Positions 41,761 to 54,780 of a stretch of DNA of 64,000 bases are shown in pieces (the first letter of the stretch is position 1; each line of letters starts with the position of its first letter). A program made the translations under genes and the position numbers. Under the pieces are notes generated by a model that saw only the letters and a list, made by a program, of their open reading frames with translations, did not search any database and was not told the DNA's origin. The DNA is from Octopus sinensis (taxonomy: Eukaryota). Location: contig NC_043011.1 of the NCBI RefSeq assembly GCF_006345805.1, positions 53,890,464-53,954,463 of the forward strand. The letters run 5' to 3'.

Positions 41761-42418
41761 ATATAAGAGGTCAATAGAATAAGTACAAAGCTTACAAAGA
41801 ATAAGTCCTAGGTTCGATTTGTTCGACTAAAGGCAGTGCTCCAGCATGGCCGCAGTCAAATGACTGAAACAAGTAAAAGAATAAAGGAATATATGTATAT
41901 ATGTGTGTGTATGTTGAATGTATATATAAATGTTTGTCTTTATGTTCAATAAGACTAAAAACAATTTTACGTTAAGCTGATGTACTTTTATAGAGCACGA
42001 ATTTATTATTCCTGTACAAGAATGTTGTCGACGGTGACTTTGAAGTTTCGGCCTGTTAAGCCATCGTTGAACAGTGATGTATTAGCGTTAGTGTTTATAG
42101 TATTTATATAGTCTCTGTTGAGTTAAAACCCCAAATTTAATTAATGAGAATTTCTCCAAGACCCCTTTCTATAGCAACCACACATAAAAACCTAATTACC
42201 ACCCAACACAAACCCACACGCCCAAAAGTGATTTTAACTGCCAACAACATTTTTGTATAAGAATAATAAAAGTAAAACACACGCACACATATATATATAT
42301 AATTTCAGCAAAACAATTAAGATTCAAATGAATTCAAATGAATTCAAATGAATATGGTACTTAACTTAGATGCACCAGAATTCTTTATGGTATTAACCAT
42401 AAAAATATGTGGGGTGAT

Positions 42419-42720
42419 TATAACCAAGAAAAAAGTAACAAGAATGGATCAGTAATTTAGTACAATTGTTTCATACTAAGAACATTTTATTTAAAGCTGC
42501 AAATATAAGGTCAAGTATTCATCAGCATAGAACTCACTCTGAATACTTCATAAGGATATTTACACTCTCTAGGATGTTTGGAAAACATATATGTGATTTA
42601 GCTGATGAATACTTGACATTATATTTGCTGTAATATTTGCAGCTTTAAATAAAATGTTCTTAGTATGAAACAATTGTACTAAATTACTGATCCATTCTTG
42701 TTACTTTTTTCTTGGTTATA
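42419..42720. repeat. Fold-back with ~108-bp arms and 74-bp spacer (PLE pLTR-like)
   Basis: 42419-42526 is the reverse complement of 42601-42720 (12-nt insertion in the right arm). Confidence 0.9.
42595..42685 (+). ncRNA. Type I hammerhead ribozyme motif
   Basis: Stem I GATTTAG/CTAAATT, core CTGATGA, stem II ATACT/AGTAT, GAAA, palindromic stem III ACAATTGT, cleavage triplet GTA. Confidence 0.7.
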
Positions 42721-42879
42721 TATATTATATATATATATATGTGTGTGTGTGGTGTGTGTGTGTATGTATACATATGCATTTATACACTTACACACACACA
42801 CACATCTAACAGGTTTCTAATGGTGATTCTCAAATAGATTTGCTTTTTGATATAATAGGTATACATATATACCTACATA

Positions 42880-43625
42880 TTGGGTTGTCCGGAAAGTTTG
42901 TACTGATTTTTAAAGGAAAGACAATGGTCAATAAATACTTGCCATTACATTTCAATCAACCAAATATGAACCATTTTGTTGCACAATGCGTCTCCACCTT
43001 TCCTTTAACTTGAAAATACCCTCTTCCCAGAATTGAGGTGGTTTCATGGCAAAGAATTCATCAAGGTATCTTTTTACGTCATCCAAGGAATTGAAATTTT
43101 TACCATTAAGACTATTCTACAGAGACCTGAATCAGTGGAAATCCGAAGGAGCACTATCTGGTGAATATTGAGGGTGGGGTAACACATCCCAGCTGAGCTG
43201 CAGCAATTTTTGTCTGGTTCCCAAAGAAACATGCAGTCTTGCATTATCATGTTGGAAAACAACACCCTTCCTGTTGGCCAATTCTGGATGTTTCTCTTGA
43301 ATTGCTGCTTTTAACTCATCCAGTTGTGTGCAGTACTTCTCAGAATTAATTGTCTGGTTACCTGGGAGAAGCTCATAGTACAGAATTCCTTTCCAATCCC
43401 ACCAGACACAAAGCAAGACTTTTCTAGGGTGAAGACCTGCTTTTGGGATGGCTAAAGGTGGCTCACGTTGCTTACTCCAGGATCGCTTTCACTGAACATT
43501 TCGGTAGATAATCCATTTCTTATCACCTGTCACAATTTGCTTTAAAAAAGGCACGTTTTCATTCCATTTATAAAGCGAATCACAGATGGAAATGTGATCC
43601 AAAAGGTTCTTCTCAATCAACTTAT
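42880..43625 (-). mobile_element. Mariner (DD34D) transposon, 3' half with TIR
   Basis: IVTGDKKW, LCVWWDWKGILYYELL, FQHDNA, HPQYSPDSAPSDFH; same TIR as the 10715 copy. Confidence 0.92.
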
Positions 43626-43699
43626 GTGATACGTATGTATGTATATATATCGCCACACAGCCTTATCCACAGTAAGTTTATATATATATATATATATAT

Positions 43700-44010
43700 A
43701 ACGGGAAGCTTTATGAAAATAGACAAAAGACGAAGGCAGGTGGAAAACAAACGAACAATTGTATTAGTATGGCGCTCAGGAAATATAAATAAAACAAGTC
43801 TTTAATGTTTCGAGCCTACGCTCTTCAACAGAAAGATACACAGAGAGAAAAAAAACACAGAAAGAAGGAGAGAAAAAAATGCGTGCAGTAACTAACGAAT
43901 CAACATGGCGATCTGATTTCGGCCAGAGTCAAAGATCAAACATGAGACGCGAGAGCGAAATAAGGGGAGATAATAGGGTTGATAATAGGGTTGAATGACC
44001 AGCTATTAAG
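43700..44010 (-). mobile_element. PLE pseudo-LTR-like relic with a degenerate minimal hammerhead (43799-43836)
   Basis: Minus strand TCTTT-CTGTTGA-A-GAGC.GTAG.GCTC-GAAAC-ATT-AAAGA. Confidence 0.45.
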
Positions 44011-44343
44011 GCGTAGGAGAGGTCTGGACGTGTGTATGTATAGGGTTGGTGTATGTATTAGTATGTATTAGTATGTATAAGGTGTGTGTGTGTGTGTGTG
44101 TGTGTGTATGAGAGAGTATTAGTGCGTAGGATAGGTCTGGACGTGCGTATGTATGGGGTGGTGTATGTATTAGTATGTATTAGTATGTATTAGTACGTAT
44201 TAGTTGTATAAGTGTGTGTGTGTGTGTATGAGAGAGTATAAGTGCGTATGAGGGGTCTGGACGTGTGTATGTATATAGGTTGGTGTATGTATAGTATGTA
44301 TTAGTACGTATTAGTATGTATTAGTTGGTGTATGTATTAGTAT
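44011..44343. repeat. 3 x ~115-bp tandem repeat with nested 10-bp GTATGTATTA units
   Basis: GGTCTGGACGTG anchor recurs at ~44021, 44134 and 44254. Confidence 0.85.
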
Positions 44344-44667
44344 GGCAACATCATATATGATGTGATGTGTAAAGTTGTGTGGTGTAGTGAGGAGAAGAGG
44401 GGGGAGGGGGAAGAGGGGGAGGGGACGGGGAGGGGAGAAGAGGGGGAGAGGGAAGGGGAGGAGAAGAGGAGGGGGAAAAGGAGGGGAGGGGAGGAGGGAG
44501 GAAGGAGGAAGGAAGAGGGAGAGGGGGGGAGAGAGGGTGGAGAGAGAGAAGGGGAGTGAGGGAGCAGAGGAAGGGAAAGAGGGAAGGAGGGAGGGAGAAA
44601 GAGGGAAGAAGGGAGATATATATATATATTATATATATTATATAGATATATAATATATATATGTATA

Positions 44668-44752
44668 TGATCAGATTGGAGCCTGTTGATGGCTTCTGGC
44701 TTGCCAGTCCCCTGTCAAACCGTCCAAACCATGCCAGCATGGAAAACGGACG
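44668..44752 (-). mobile_element. RTE 3' end fragment
   Basis: CAAACCGTCCAAACCATGCCAGCATGGAAAACGGACG (orientation uncertain; likely plus-strand 3' end). Confidence 0.4.
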
Positions 44753-44798
44753 ATATACATATATATATATATATATATAGGGAGAGAGAGAGAGAGAG

Positions 44799-44860
<62 letters not shown>

Positions 44861-45278
44861 GTAAATAGATAGATAGATAGACAGACACACAGACACACAG
44901 ACACACACACACACACACACACAAATAGATCTTATTATTTCCAACCAAAAGTGTTGTGCTATCTAGTCAACAAAGGTACCAGATTTATTGAATAAGTGTG
45001 TAAGTGGTTGAGTACCCCACTATATGTACAGACTTAATATAATACCCAGGCAGAATCAGCATTTAATTACAGGTAATATCCACTTGACAGGCCTCTGCAC
45101 AGTTTCCACCTTCCCTATCTTCTCTCACAAAGTACGGGAGTAGACTCATGACTTTAGAAAATAACACTTGCCCAAGATACCATTGAGTAGATTCGAAACT
45201 GGAATCTCATGATTGCAAAGTAAACATCTTTACCCTGCACTCATACAGTGGCTACCTTGCATTACACACATACACTCA

Positions 45279-45302
<24 letters not shown>

Positions 45303-45315
<13 letters not shown>

Positions 45316-45503
45316 TTACATATCCACACATGCATGTACACATGCAGATACATATATGTATACATATATACATATATATATATATATTTATATATATTTA
45401 TATATACACATACATACATACATATATCATCATATATATATACATACACACACATACACTTACATATCCACACATACATGTACACATGCAGATACATATA
45501 TGT

Positions 45504-45565
<62 letters not shown>

Positions 45566-45640
45566 CACACACATACACTTACATATCCACACATACATGT
45601 ACACATGCAGATACATATATGTATACATATATATATATAT

Positions 45641-45681
<41 letters not shown>

Positions 45682-45725
45682 CATACACTTACATATCCAC
45701 ACATATATGTGCACATCCAGATACA
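45303..45725. repeat. 4 x ~120-bp tandem (core CATACACTTACATATCCACACAT.CATGTACACATGCAGATAC) separated by (TA)n
   Basis: Direct. Confidence 0.85.
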
Positions 45726-46189
45726 TATATGTAAAATACAGACATATACATACATGCATCTACACATAAGCACATACATATATATATATATACACACACA
45801 TACACGCACACACATGTATATACATATGCCATTAGTTTCCATTGCTATTTTTCATATTTTTGAATAATGAGGATGAAATAAATAAATTGGTGTTTCATGT
45901 TTCCTTCTAAAGCAAATGAAATCAAAACAGAGTAAAGTGACTTGAATTCAATGTAAACCATCTCAAAAACAAATTACAAGTGTCAAAATTATATTTGTTC
46001 TTCAGAAATAGCTTCTTTTATATAACATTCTTCTTCGTATATGCTTAATATTACTGTTACAGTAAACTGTCATTAAATATAGTCTAAACTTGATTGACTC
46101 AAAACCACAAAAAAACAACAAAAAAAAAAATAACTGAAAGCAACGAAAAAAGAGAAAGAAATTATCTAGACACCTTGTCAAATAATAAT

Positions 46190-46214
46190 AACCAAAATAA
46201 TAACGATCATGAGG

Positions 46215-46245
<31 letters not shown>

Positions 46246-46315
46246 TAATAATAATGATAATAATAATAATAATAATAAAATAATCATAATAATAATGATA
46301 ATAATAATGATAATA

Positions 46316-46351
<36 letters not shown>

Positions 46352-46513
46352 GTAATAATAATTATATAACTAATAATAATAATAACAATAATAATAATAA
46401 TAATAATATAATAATACTAATGATTAATAATGATAAAATAAGAAATAATAATAATATAAGAATAATAGATACGAATTAATGTGATGATGATAAATAATAT
46501 GATAATAAAATAA

Positions 46514-46557
<44 letters not shown>

Positions 46558-46580
46558 TAATAATAATAATAATAATATAA
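46190..46580. repeat. (AAT)n microsatellite
   Basis: Direct. Confidence 0.9.
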
Positions 46581-47859
46581 TAGAATTTAGTTGCAGACAT
46601 GTCAAGTAATGCAAATCATATAAAAAACAAAAAAAAAACCAAAAAAAGTACCTGTAAAAAAATATACTAGCAACAACAGCGAAAAATAATCTGTGACGAT
46701 GAAATATAAATAGTTTCGCTTAGTATTCAAACAAACCATTTGAATGGTTTAGTCTTGGCAGTGTATCCTTGGTAACGAACACATTTTTTTTTTTTTTTTA
46801 CTTCTGTCTCTGGCAGTAGTGCCACTATTTGAGTCTAGTACTTTTGCGGTAGCTATCTCATGAGCAGAGAATTTCAACTATATTCTGACAAGTTGCTAAA
46901 ACATCTCAAGATAGATTCTATAACCCAGATAGATTTTTGTTTTCTCTCTCTGTCTTTTTTTTTTTCTCTGTTTTTGGGTTTTTTATTTATGGTGCTTTTT
47001 TGTCTTTGATATTTCACTGAGTAAACAGCACTAATTTATGCAGTTTTTCTGTGTGCATGTATTTCTGTAGATTCTTTGGGGTTTTTTTTTTTTCTCTCCT
47101 GCACTTACAGAAGGAAACAATGAACATGAATCTAAAAATTGTCCAAACCAAATGAAGGATACACAGCCAAAAAATAATTGAGTAAATAACTATAAGATAA
47201 AGACATCAGAAAAATAAATTTTATATGAGATGTTTGACAAGAAATATAATATCAAAAAAAAAAACTCCTTTAAAATCCCTTAATTTAAACCCACAACTCA
47301 TCTTCAAAACCCTTAGAAATAATTCAATTAATAACAAAACAAAACAGGACACAGAACACACAATCTCCACATCACCAAAGGAAGGAAAACACCAGTATTT
47401 TTCCTCGGTAATGTAGGAAAGGAAAAAAACTGCTTGTTGAGAGCAAGCACAACGTTAACAGACCAAAGCTGGTTTCCCAGAGTGGCGATGTCATCTTTTG
47501 GGTCAATTCAATAGTAACGAAAGAGTCTCATACAGAGTTACCTTGGTTACAGTGTTGGAAGAGGCTATTGATTTCAACACGAAAACGGTTGAAATGCAGT
47601 TATAATCCTCCTCAGTCAGTTTCGAGACGAGAGAGAGACACATACACACACAGTTTGCTAACCAAGCATCGGCTTTCTGTTCAGTTTCCATATGAAAGAG
47701 CGAGTGAATAATTACTTTCTCTTAGACACAGCAACCATTAGCTAGATTGCTTCACACACACACATAAATTATCACGTCTCTTCTTGTACTGGGCGGGTTT
47801 TTACTTTAAGCTCTTTAACCTAAACGGAATCAGAACAAACTGTTATTATTGGTTTGGTC

Positions 47860-48234
47860 ATGCTAGTTGTTGTTGTTGTTATTGCTGTTGTTGTTGTGGT
47901 TGTGGTTGTTGTTGTTGTTGCTGTAGCAGTTCTTGTTATTGCCTTTGCTTGTTTTTATTGTTGTTGTTCTTATTGGTGTAGGTAGTATCATCATCATTAT
48001 CATCATCATTATCATCATCATTATCATCATCATTATCATCATCATTATCATCATCATTATCATCATCATTATCATCATCATTATCATCATCATTGCCACC
48101 ACCACCACCACTACCGCTACCACTACCACCACCACCAACAACACCACCACCACCACCACCACCATCAATCATCATCAGCAGCAGCAGCAGCAGCATCAGC
48201 ATCACCACCATCACACCACTACCATCATCATCAC

Positions 48235-48277
<43 letters not shown>

Positions 48278-48803
48278 AGCAACAGCGTCATCATCACCAC
48301 CACCACCACTACCACCACCACTACCACCATCATTATTATTGAGTTATTATTAATGGTGCTTCTGTTGTTGTTGTTATTGTTGCTGTAATTGATGTTACAG
48401 TTATATTTCATCCATTATTGTTATTATTATTGTTGTTGTTATTGCAGTTGTTATTGCTATTGTTTTATTATTAGTGTAGTCATCATCATCATCATCGTCG
48501 TCGTCATTATTGATGTTATTGTTGTACCTTCTGTTGACATTATGATATTGTGATTATTCACATTGTTGTTGTTGTTGTTATTGGTGTTTGTTATGACAAC
48601 ATTGTCTTTATTGTCATTGTTGTTATTGCTTTCTATACAATTAATGTAGTTTATTATTATTATTATTGTTGTTGTTGTTGTTGTTATCATTATTATTATT
48701 ATTATTATTGTTGTTGTTGTTGTTGTTGCTGTTATTATTATAATTATTATTATTATTATTATTAGCATTATTATTATTATTATTATTATCATTATTATTA
48801 TTA

Positions 48804-48845
<42 letters not shown>

Positions 48846-48990
48846 CATTATAGTTGTTATTGCTGTGCCTCCTGTTATCATTGTAGTTGTTGTGACATTA
48901 TGGTTATTATTATTGTTGTTGTTATTGGTAACGTTATAAATGTTGTTATTAGAGTTGTTTTTAATTATTGTTATTGTTGTTGTAATTGCT
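47860..48990. repeat. Compound (TTG)/(ATC)/(ACC)/(ATT)n trinucleotide field
   Basis: Direct. Confidence 0.9.
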
Positions 48991-50661
48991 GGTAGAATCG
49001 TTAACATGCCAGGCAAAATGCTTAGCAGTATTTCGTCTGCCACTACATACTGAGTTCAAATTCTGCTGAGGTCAGCTTTGCTTTTCATTCTTTCGGGGTC
49101 AATAAATTAAGTACCAGTTGAGTACTGGGGTCAATGTAATCGACTTACCCCCTCCCCCCAGATTCCAGGCCTTGTGCTTATAGCAGAAAGGTTATTATTA
49201 CTATTAAGAAATACCACCGAGGTCAACTTTAGCTTTTATCCTTTCGGGGGTCAATAAAATAAATACCAGTTGATCAATGGGGTCGCTGTAATTGACTCAT
49301 CCCCACCCCCAAATTACTCCCTTTGTGGAAAAATTTGAAATCATTATTATTATTATTATTAAGATTATTATTAAGGGGCACGTAACAAACACCATCCGAT
49401 CGTGGCCGTTCGCCAGCCTCATCTGGCACCTGTGTCGGTGGCACATAAAAACACCATCCGAGCGTGGCCGTCTGCCAGCCTCGTCTGGCACCTGTGTCGG
49501 TGGCACATAAAAAACACCATCCGAGTGTGGCCGTTCGCCAGCCTCATCTGGCACCTGTGTTGGTGGCACATAAAATCACCCACTACACTCTCGGAGTGGT
49601 TGGCATTAGGAAGGGCATCCAGCTATAGAAACACTGCCAGATCTGACTGGCCTGGTGCAGCCTTCGGGCTCCCCAGACCCCAGTTGAACCGTCCAACCCA
49701 TGCTAGCATGGAAAGCGGACGTTAAATGATGATGATGATGATGATGAGATGAGCTGGCAAAATCATTAACGTGCTGGGCAAAATACTTTGTGGCATTTCA
49801 ACCATCTTCGTGTTCTGAGTTCAAATTCTGCCTTGGTCAACTTTACTTTCCATCCTTTTGTATGTAGCAATTGAACACAGGTCAATGTAATCACCTTACT
49901 CCTCCCTTAAAATTGCTGGCTTTGTGCCAAAATTTGAGATCATCATCATCATTATTATTGTTGTTAAGGCAGCGAGTTGGCAGAAACGTTAGCACGCCGG
50001 GCGAAATGCTAAGCAGTATTTCGTCTGCCGTTGCATTCTGAGTTCAAATTCCGCCGAGGTCGACTTTGCCTTTCATCCTTTCGGAGTCGATTAAATAAGT
50101 ACCAGTTACACACTGGGGCTGAGATACTCGACTTAATCCGTTTGTCTGTCCTTGTTCGTCCTCTCTGTGTTTATCCCCTTGAGGGCAATAAAGAAATAGG
50201 TATTTTGTCTGCTGTTACGTTCTGAGTTCAAATTCCACTGAGGTCGACTTTGCTTTTCATCCTTTCAGGGTCGATAAATCAAGTACCAGTTACACAATGG
50301 GGTCGATGTAATCGACTTAATCCCTTTGTCTGTCCTTGTTCTCCCCTCTGTGTGTAGCCCCTTGTGGGCAGTAAAGAAATAAGAATTGTTAACATGCTGG
50401 GAAAAATGCCAATAAGCATTCTGTCCATCTTTTATGTTCTGAGTTCAAATTCTGCTGAAGTTGACTTTGCCTTTCATCCTTTCAGGGTCGATTAAATAAG
50501 TACCAGTTATGCACTGGAGATGATGTAATTGGTTTACATCCTTCTCCAAAATTACTGGCCTTGTGCCAAAATTTGAAACCATTATTATTATTGTTGTTGT
50601 TGTTGTTGTTGTTGTTCTTCTTCTTCTTCTTCTTCTCTTCTTCTTCTTCTTCTTCTTCTTA

Positions 50662-50725
<64 letters not shown>

Positions 50726-50840
50726 GATGTTGAGCTGGCTGAACCATTAGCACACTAAGCAAAATGCTTACCGGCATCTGTCCTTACGATCTGAGTTCAA
50801 ATTCCACCAAGCTCAACTTTATCTTTCATCCTTTCAAGGT
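48990..50840 (+). mobile_element. Cluster of ~7 co-oriented SINE B copies, with an RTE 3'UTR at 49378-49748 (+)
   Basis: Copies at ~48990, 49210, 49748, 49966, 50198, 50384 and 50730. Confidence 0.8.
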
Positions 50841-51662
50841 TACTCTCTTTTACTCTGTTTTACATGTTTCAGTCATTTCACTGTGGCCATGCAGGAGCAC
50901 CACCTTTAGTCAAGCAAATCGATCCCAGGACTTATTCTTTGTAAGTCTAGTACTTATTCTATTGGTCTCTTTTGCCGAACCACTAGGTTACAGGGACATA
51001 AACACACCAACATCAGTTATGAAGCAATGTTGGGGGGGGACAAACACAGACACAAACACAGACACACAAACATATACACACACATACATATATATATGCC
51101 AACCCCCTTGCTTGTGAAGACATGTTGGGGCAAGCGAAATCGAATTGAACCAGCCAGGATCCCTGGTCTGGTGGTACGTAAAAAGCACTATCTGACTCGT
51201 GGCCGATGCCAGCACCGCCTCGTCTGGCTTCCGTGCCGGTGGCACATAAAATACACCAATCTGACCGTGGCCGTTGCCAGCCTCGCCTGGCACCTGTGCA
51301 GGTGGCACGTAAAAAGCACCCACTACACTCTCGGAGTGGTTGGCGTTAGGAAGGGCATCCAGCTGTAGAAACACTGCCAGATAAGACTGGAGCCTGGTGC
51401 AGCCTTCTGGCTTCCCAGATCCCCGGTCGAACCGTCCAACCCATGCTAGCATGGAGAACGGACGTTAAACGATGATGATGATGATGATGACATATATATG
51501 ACAGGCTTCTTTCAGTTTCTGCCTACCAAATCCACTTATAAAGCTTTGGTTGGCTCTGAGGCTATAGTGGAAGACATTTGCCCAAGGTTCCACGCAGTGG
51601 GACTGAACCTGGAACCATGTGGTTTGTAAGCAAGCTACTTACCACACAGCCACTCCTACGCC
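50841..51662 (-). mobile_element. SINE A split in its internal (TA)n by an RTE 3'UTR (51098-51491, +)
   Basis: A 3' half 50841-51097 and A 5' half 51492-51662. Confidence 0.85.
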
Positions 51663-51743
51663 TGTACTAGCTGAATACTGAAGTTGATAACCAACTTACA
51701 CCTTCCTATGAAATTACTGGCCTTGTGCCAAAATTTGAAATCA

Positions 51744-52118
51744 TTGTTTCAGTCATTGACTGCAGCCATGCTGGAGCATCGCCTTTAGTCAAACAAATTG
51801 ACTCTAGGTCTTATTCTTTGTATACTTAGTACTTATTTCATCGATCTCTTTTGCTGAACCTCTAAGTAACAGGGACATGAATACACCAAAGCTGGCTGTC
51901 AAGCAACAGTGAGGGGACAGACACAGACTCACAAACACACACACACACATATATATGACGGGCTTCTTTCAGAGTCCAGCTATGAAATTCACTCACAAGG
52001 ATTTGGTTGGCCCAAGGCTATAGTAGGAGGCTCTTGCCCAAGGTGCCGTGCAGTGGGACTGAACCCAGAACCATGTGGCTAGTAAGCAAGCTTCTTACCA
52101 CACAACCATGCCTGCGCC
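51744..52118 (-). mobile_element. SINE family A
   Basis: Homology. Confidence 0.8.
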
Positions 52119-52269
52119 TATAGTAATATTTGTTTCATATGTTGACATGCTAAGTTCAAATCTTACCAAAGTCATCTTTGCTTTCCATCCTTCCAGGGTC
52201 ATTATTTAAAATACCAATCAAGAATGATACATTAGTGGAATTATTAGGGTCACAGATGAAATGCATTGC

Positions 52270-52615
52270 AAAATGCAATTTGTAGTTGTGGTACCAGTGC
52301 CGGTGGCACATAAGAGAACCATCCGAACGTGGCCGTAGCCAGCAACGCATTGACTGGCCTTTGTGCTGGTGGCACGTAAAAAGCACCATCCAAGCGTGGC
52401 CGTTGCCAGCCTCGTCTGGCACCGTGTCGGTGGCACATAAAAGCATCTACTACACTCACGAGTGTTGGCGTTAGGAAGGGCATCCACCTCTTAGAAACAC
52501 TGCCAGATCTGACTGGCTGTGCAGCATTCGGGCTTCCCAGACCCAGTGGAACCGTCCAACCAATGCTAGCATAGAAAGCGGACGTTAAATGATGATGATG
52601 ATGATGATGATGATG
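52270..52615 (+). mobile_element. RTE 3'UTR (family C)
   Basis: Ends GGACGTTAAATGATGATG. Confidence 0.8.
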
Positions 52616-53219
52616 TGGATAGTATGAGTTCAAACCTTATCAAAGTCATCTTTGATTTCTGTTCTTTCAGGGTTGATAAAATAATGTTTCAGTCCAGAAG
52701 CAGTGGATTGTTGGAATTCTGAGAATTTCGGACAAAATGTCTTGTGGTCTTTGTGTCAACTGTTTATGCTCTGACTTAGTCTGTACCAATACCGGAACCA
52801 AGATGTATCAGCCTTTTCTCTTTCCACAGATTATATTGATGGCTTGGAGACAAGAGACTTCTTATATGTGTAACAGATACTCTTCTATACTTTGAAAAAA
52901 AAAACTTGCCCAAGCCTATATTCTAGAAAGGAACTATCAAGGTGTAAATACATGGTCAATCTTAATAGCTGGAGTGCTCAGTTTGAAGTAAATCATGGAA
53001 GTTATGGTCGGGATAAAGACAAATTTGATGACACATCTGCTGGTTTTTTGTTAACCTAGGGCTAAACAATGGCAACTACATCAACTTGTGTTTATTTTAG
53101 AATGTCAGAAAGTTAAAAGATAATGTGAGGACTGGTGGAAATGGAACCCAAAACATGGGCGATTAAAACCCTCTCATTATTGTGCTTAGTTCACTGCTCA
53201 GTGGTTTTTATAATTTCCC

Positions 53220-53246
53220 TATCTACACACACACATGCATGCACAC

Positions 53247-53277
<31 letters not shown>

Positions 53278-53356
53278 ACACACACACACACACACCACAC
53301 CACACACACACAGGTACACGTACACGTGTCATGTAACCATCATCCTTATCATTATC

Positions 53357-53388
<32 letters not shown>

Positions 53389-53543
53389 CGATAGATAGAT
53401 AGATAGATAGATAAATACATACATACATACATATATACATACATACATACATACATACATAGTTATCTGTACATGCATACATATATATCTATGATCGTAT
53501 GTATGCATGTGTGTATGTATGTATATGTACATGTGTATGTAAG

Positions 53544-53584
<41 letters not shown>

Positions 53585-53982
53585 ATTTACATATGTACAC
53601 ATGCACAACAATAAGAAAGATATGGAACTGCTTACCTGTGCAACGTTACATCTAAATGCACACCTGTACATTATCTGATGACGGCAATGTTTTGAAAGCT
53701 ACAGAAATAAATGTAGATTATGCATTTATCTATTATAGTCATATATAGTGAGTGCAATATGTGCATTCATAGCGATCATGTTAAGAATTGCAAAAGCCAG
53801 ATATATTCCTTAGAAATCAATGTTTTCACGTGAATAGAGACAAAAATATGGTAAACAAATATTTGCGATGTCTTTTTTTTTTGGTAAATTATATTATTAT
53901 CCTAGAAATGATGAAACATATTGAGGAGTTTTTTTAGCTTCCTGGTTGAGCCCTTTCATATTCAATTATATATATATGCGCA

Positions 53983-54035
<53 letters not shown>

Positions 54036-54157
54036 TGTGTGTGTGTGTGTGTGTGAGTGTGTGTGAGTGTGTCTGTGTCTGTGTATCTGCATATATATGT
54101 ATACATAAATATATACATATATTTCTATATATGTACATACATATATTTCTCTCTCTC

Positions 54158-54225
<68 letters not shown>

Positions 54226-54387
54226 CATACATGCATACATACATATATATACATACACATACTATATATACACGTGCACACACATACATGGATACATACA
54301 TATCTACATATATAAAAGGAGTGATACATACGTATATACATACACACAGAGAGTGATGCATATACATACACATACACACACACTCAC

Positions 54388-54430
<43 letters not shown>

Positions 54431-54689
54431 AATATATACACACTCATATATGTACATACATATCATTCTTCTCCCCTTCCTCTCCTCTCTCTTTATAACT
54501 GTATGCATATATTTGTGTGTTTATGTATATGTATATATACATATATATATTTATATATATATATGTATATATATATATATACATATATATATAAATGTAT
54601 ATGTGTGCGTCTGTGAGTGTGTGTGTGTGTTGTGCTCCAGCATGGCTGCAGACTGAAACAAGTAAAACAATACATATATATGTGCACGT

Positions 54690-54743
<54 letters not shown>

Positions 54744-54780
54744 GCACACACACACACAAACACACACACACACAGACTCA
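53220..54780. repeat. (CA)/(TA)/(TG)/(GATA) microsatellite field with a unique island at 53600-53960
   Basis: Direct. Confidence 0.85.

Larger units (their letters stand above)
40735..42862. repeat. 2.1-kb interrupted inverted duplication
   Basis: Outer arms 40735-40842 / 42762-42862; inner arms 41063-41612 / 41765-42277. Confidence 0.9.

Noticed and set aside
47503-47691. Minus-strand ORF or micro-exon with an AAG|GTAACT donor
   Set aside because: No convincing acceptor or homology
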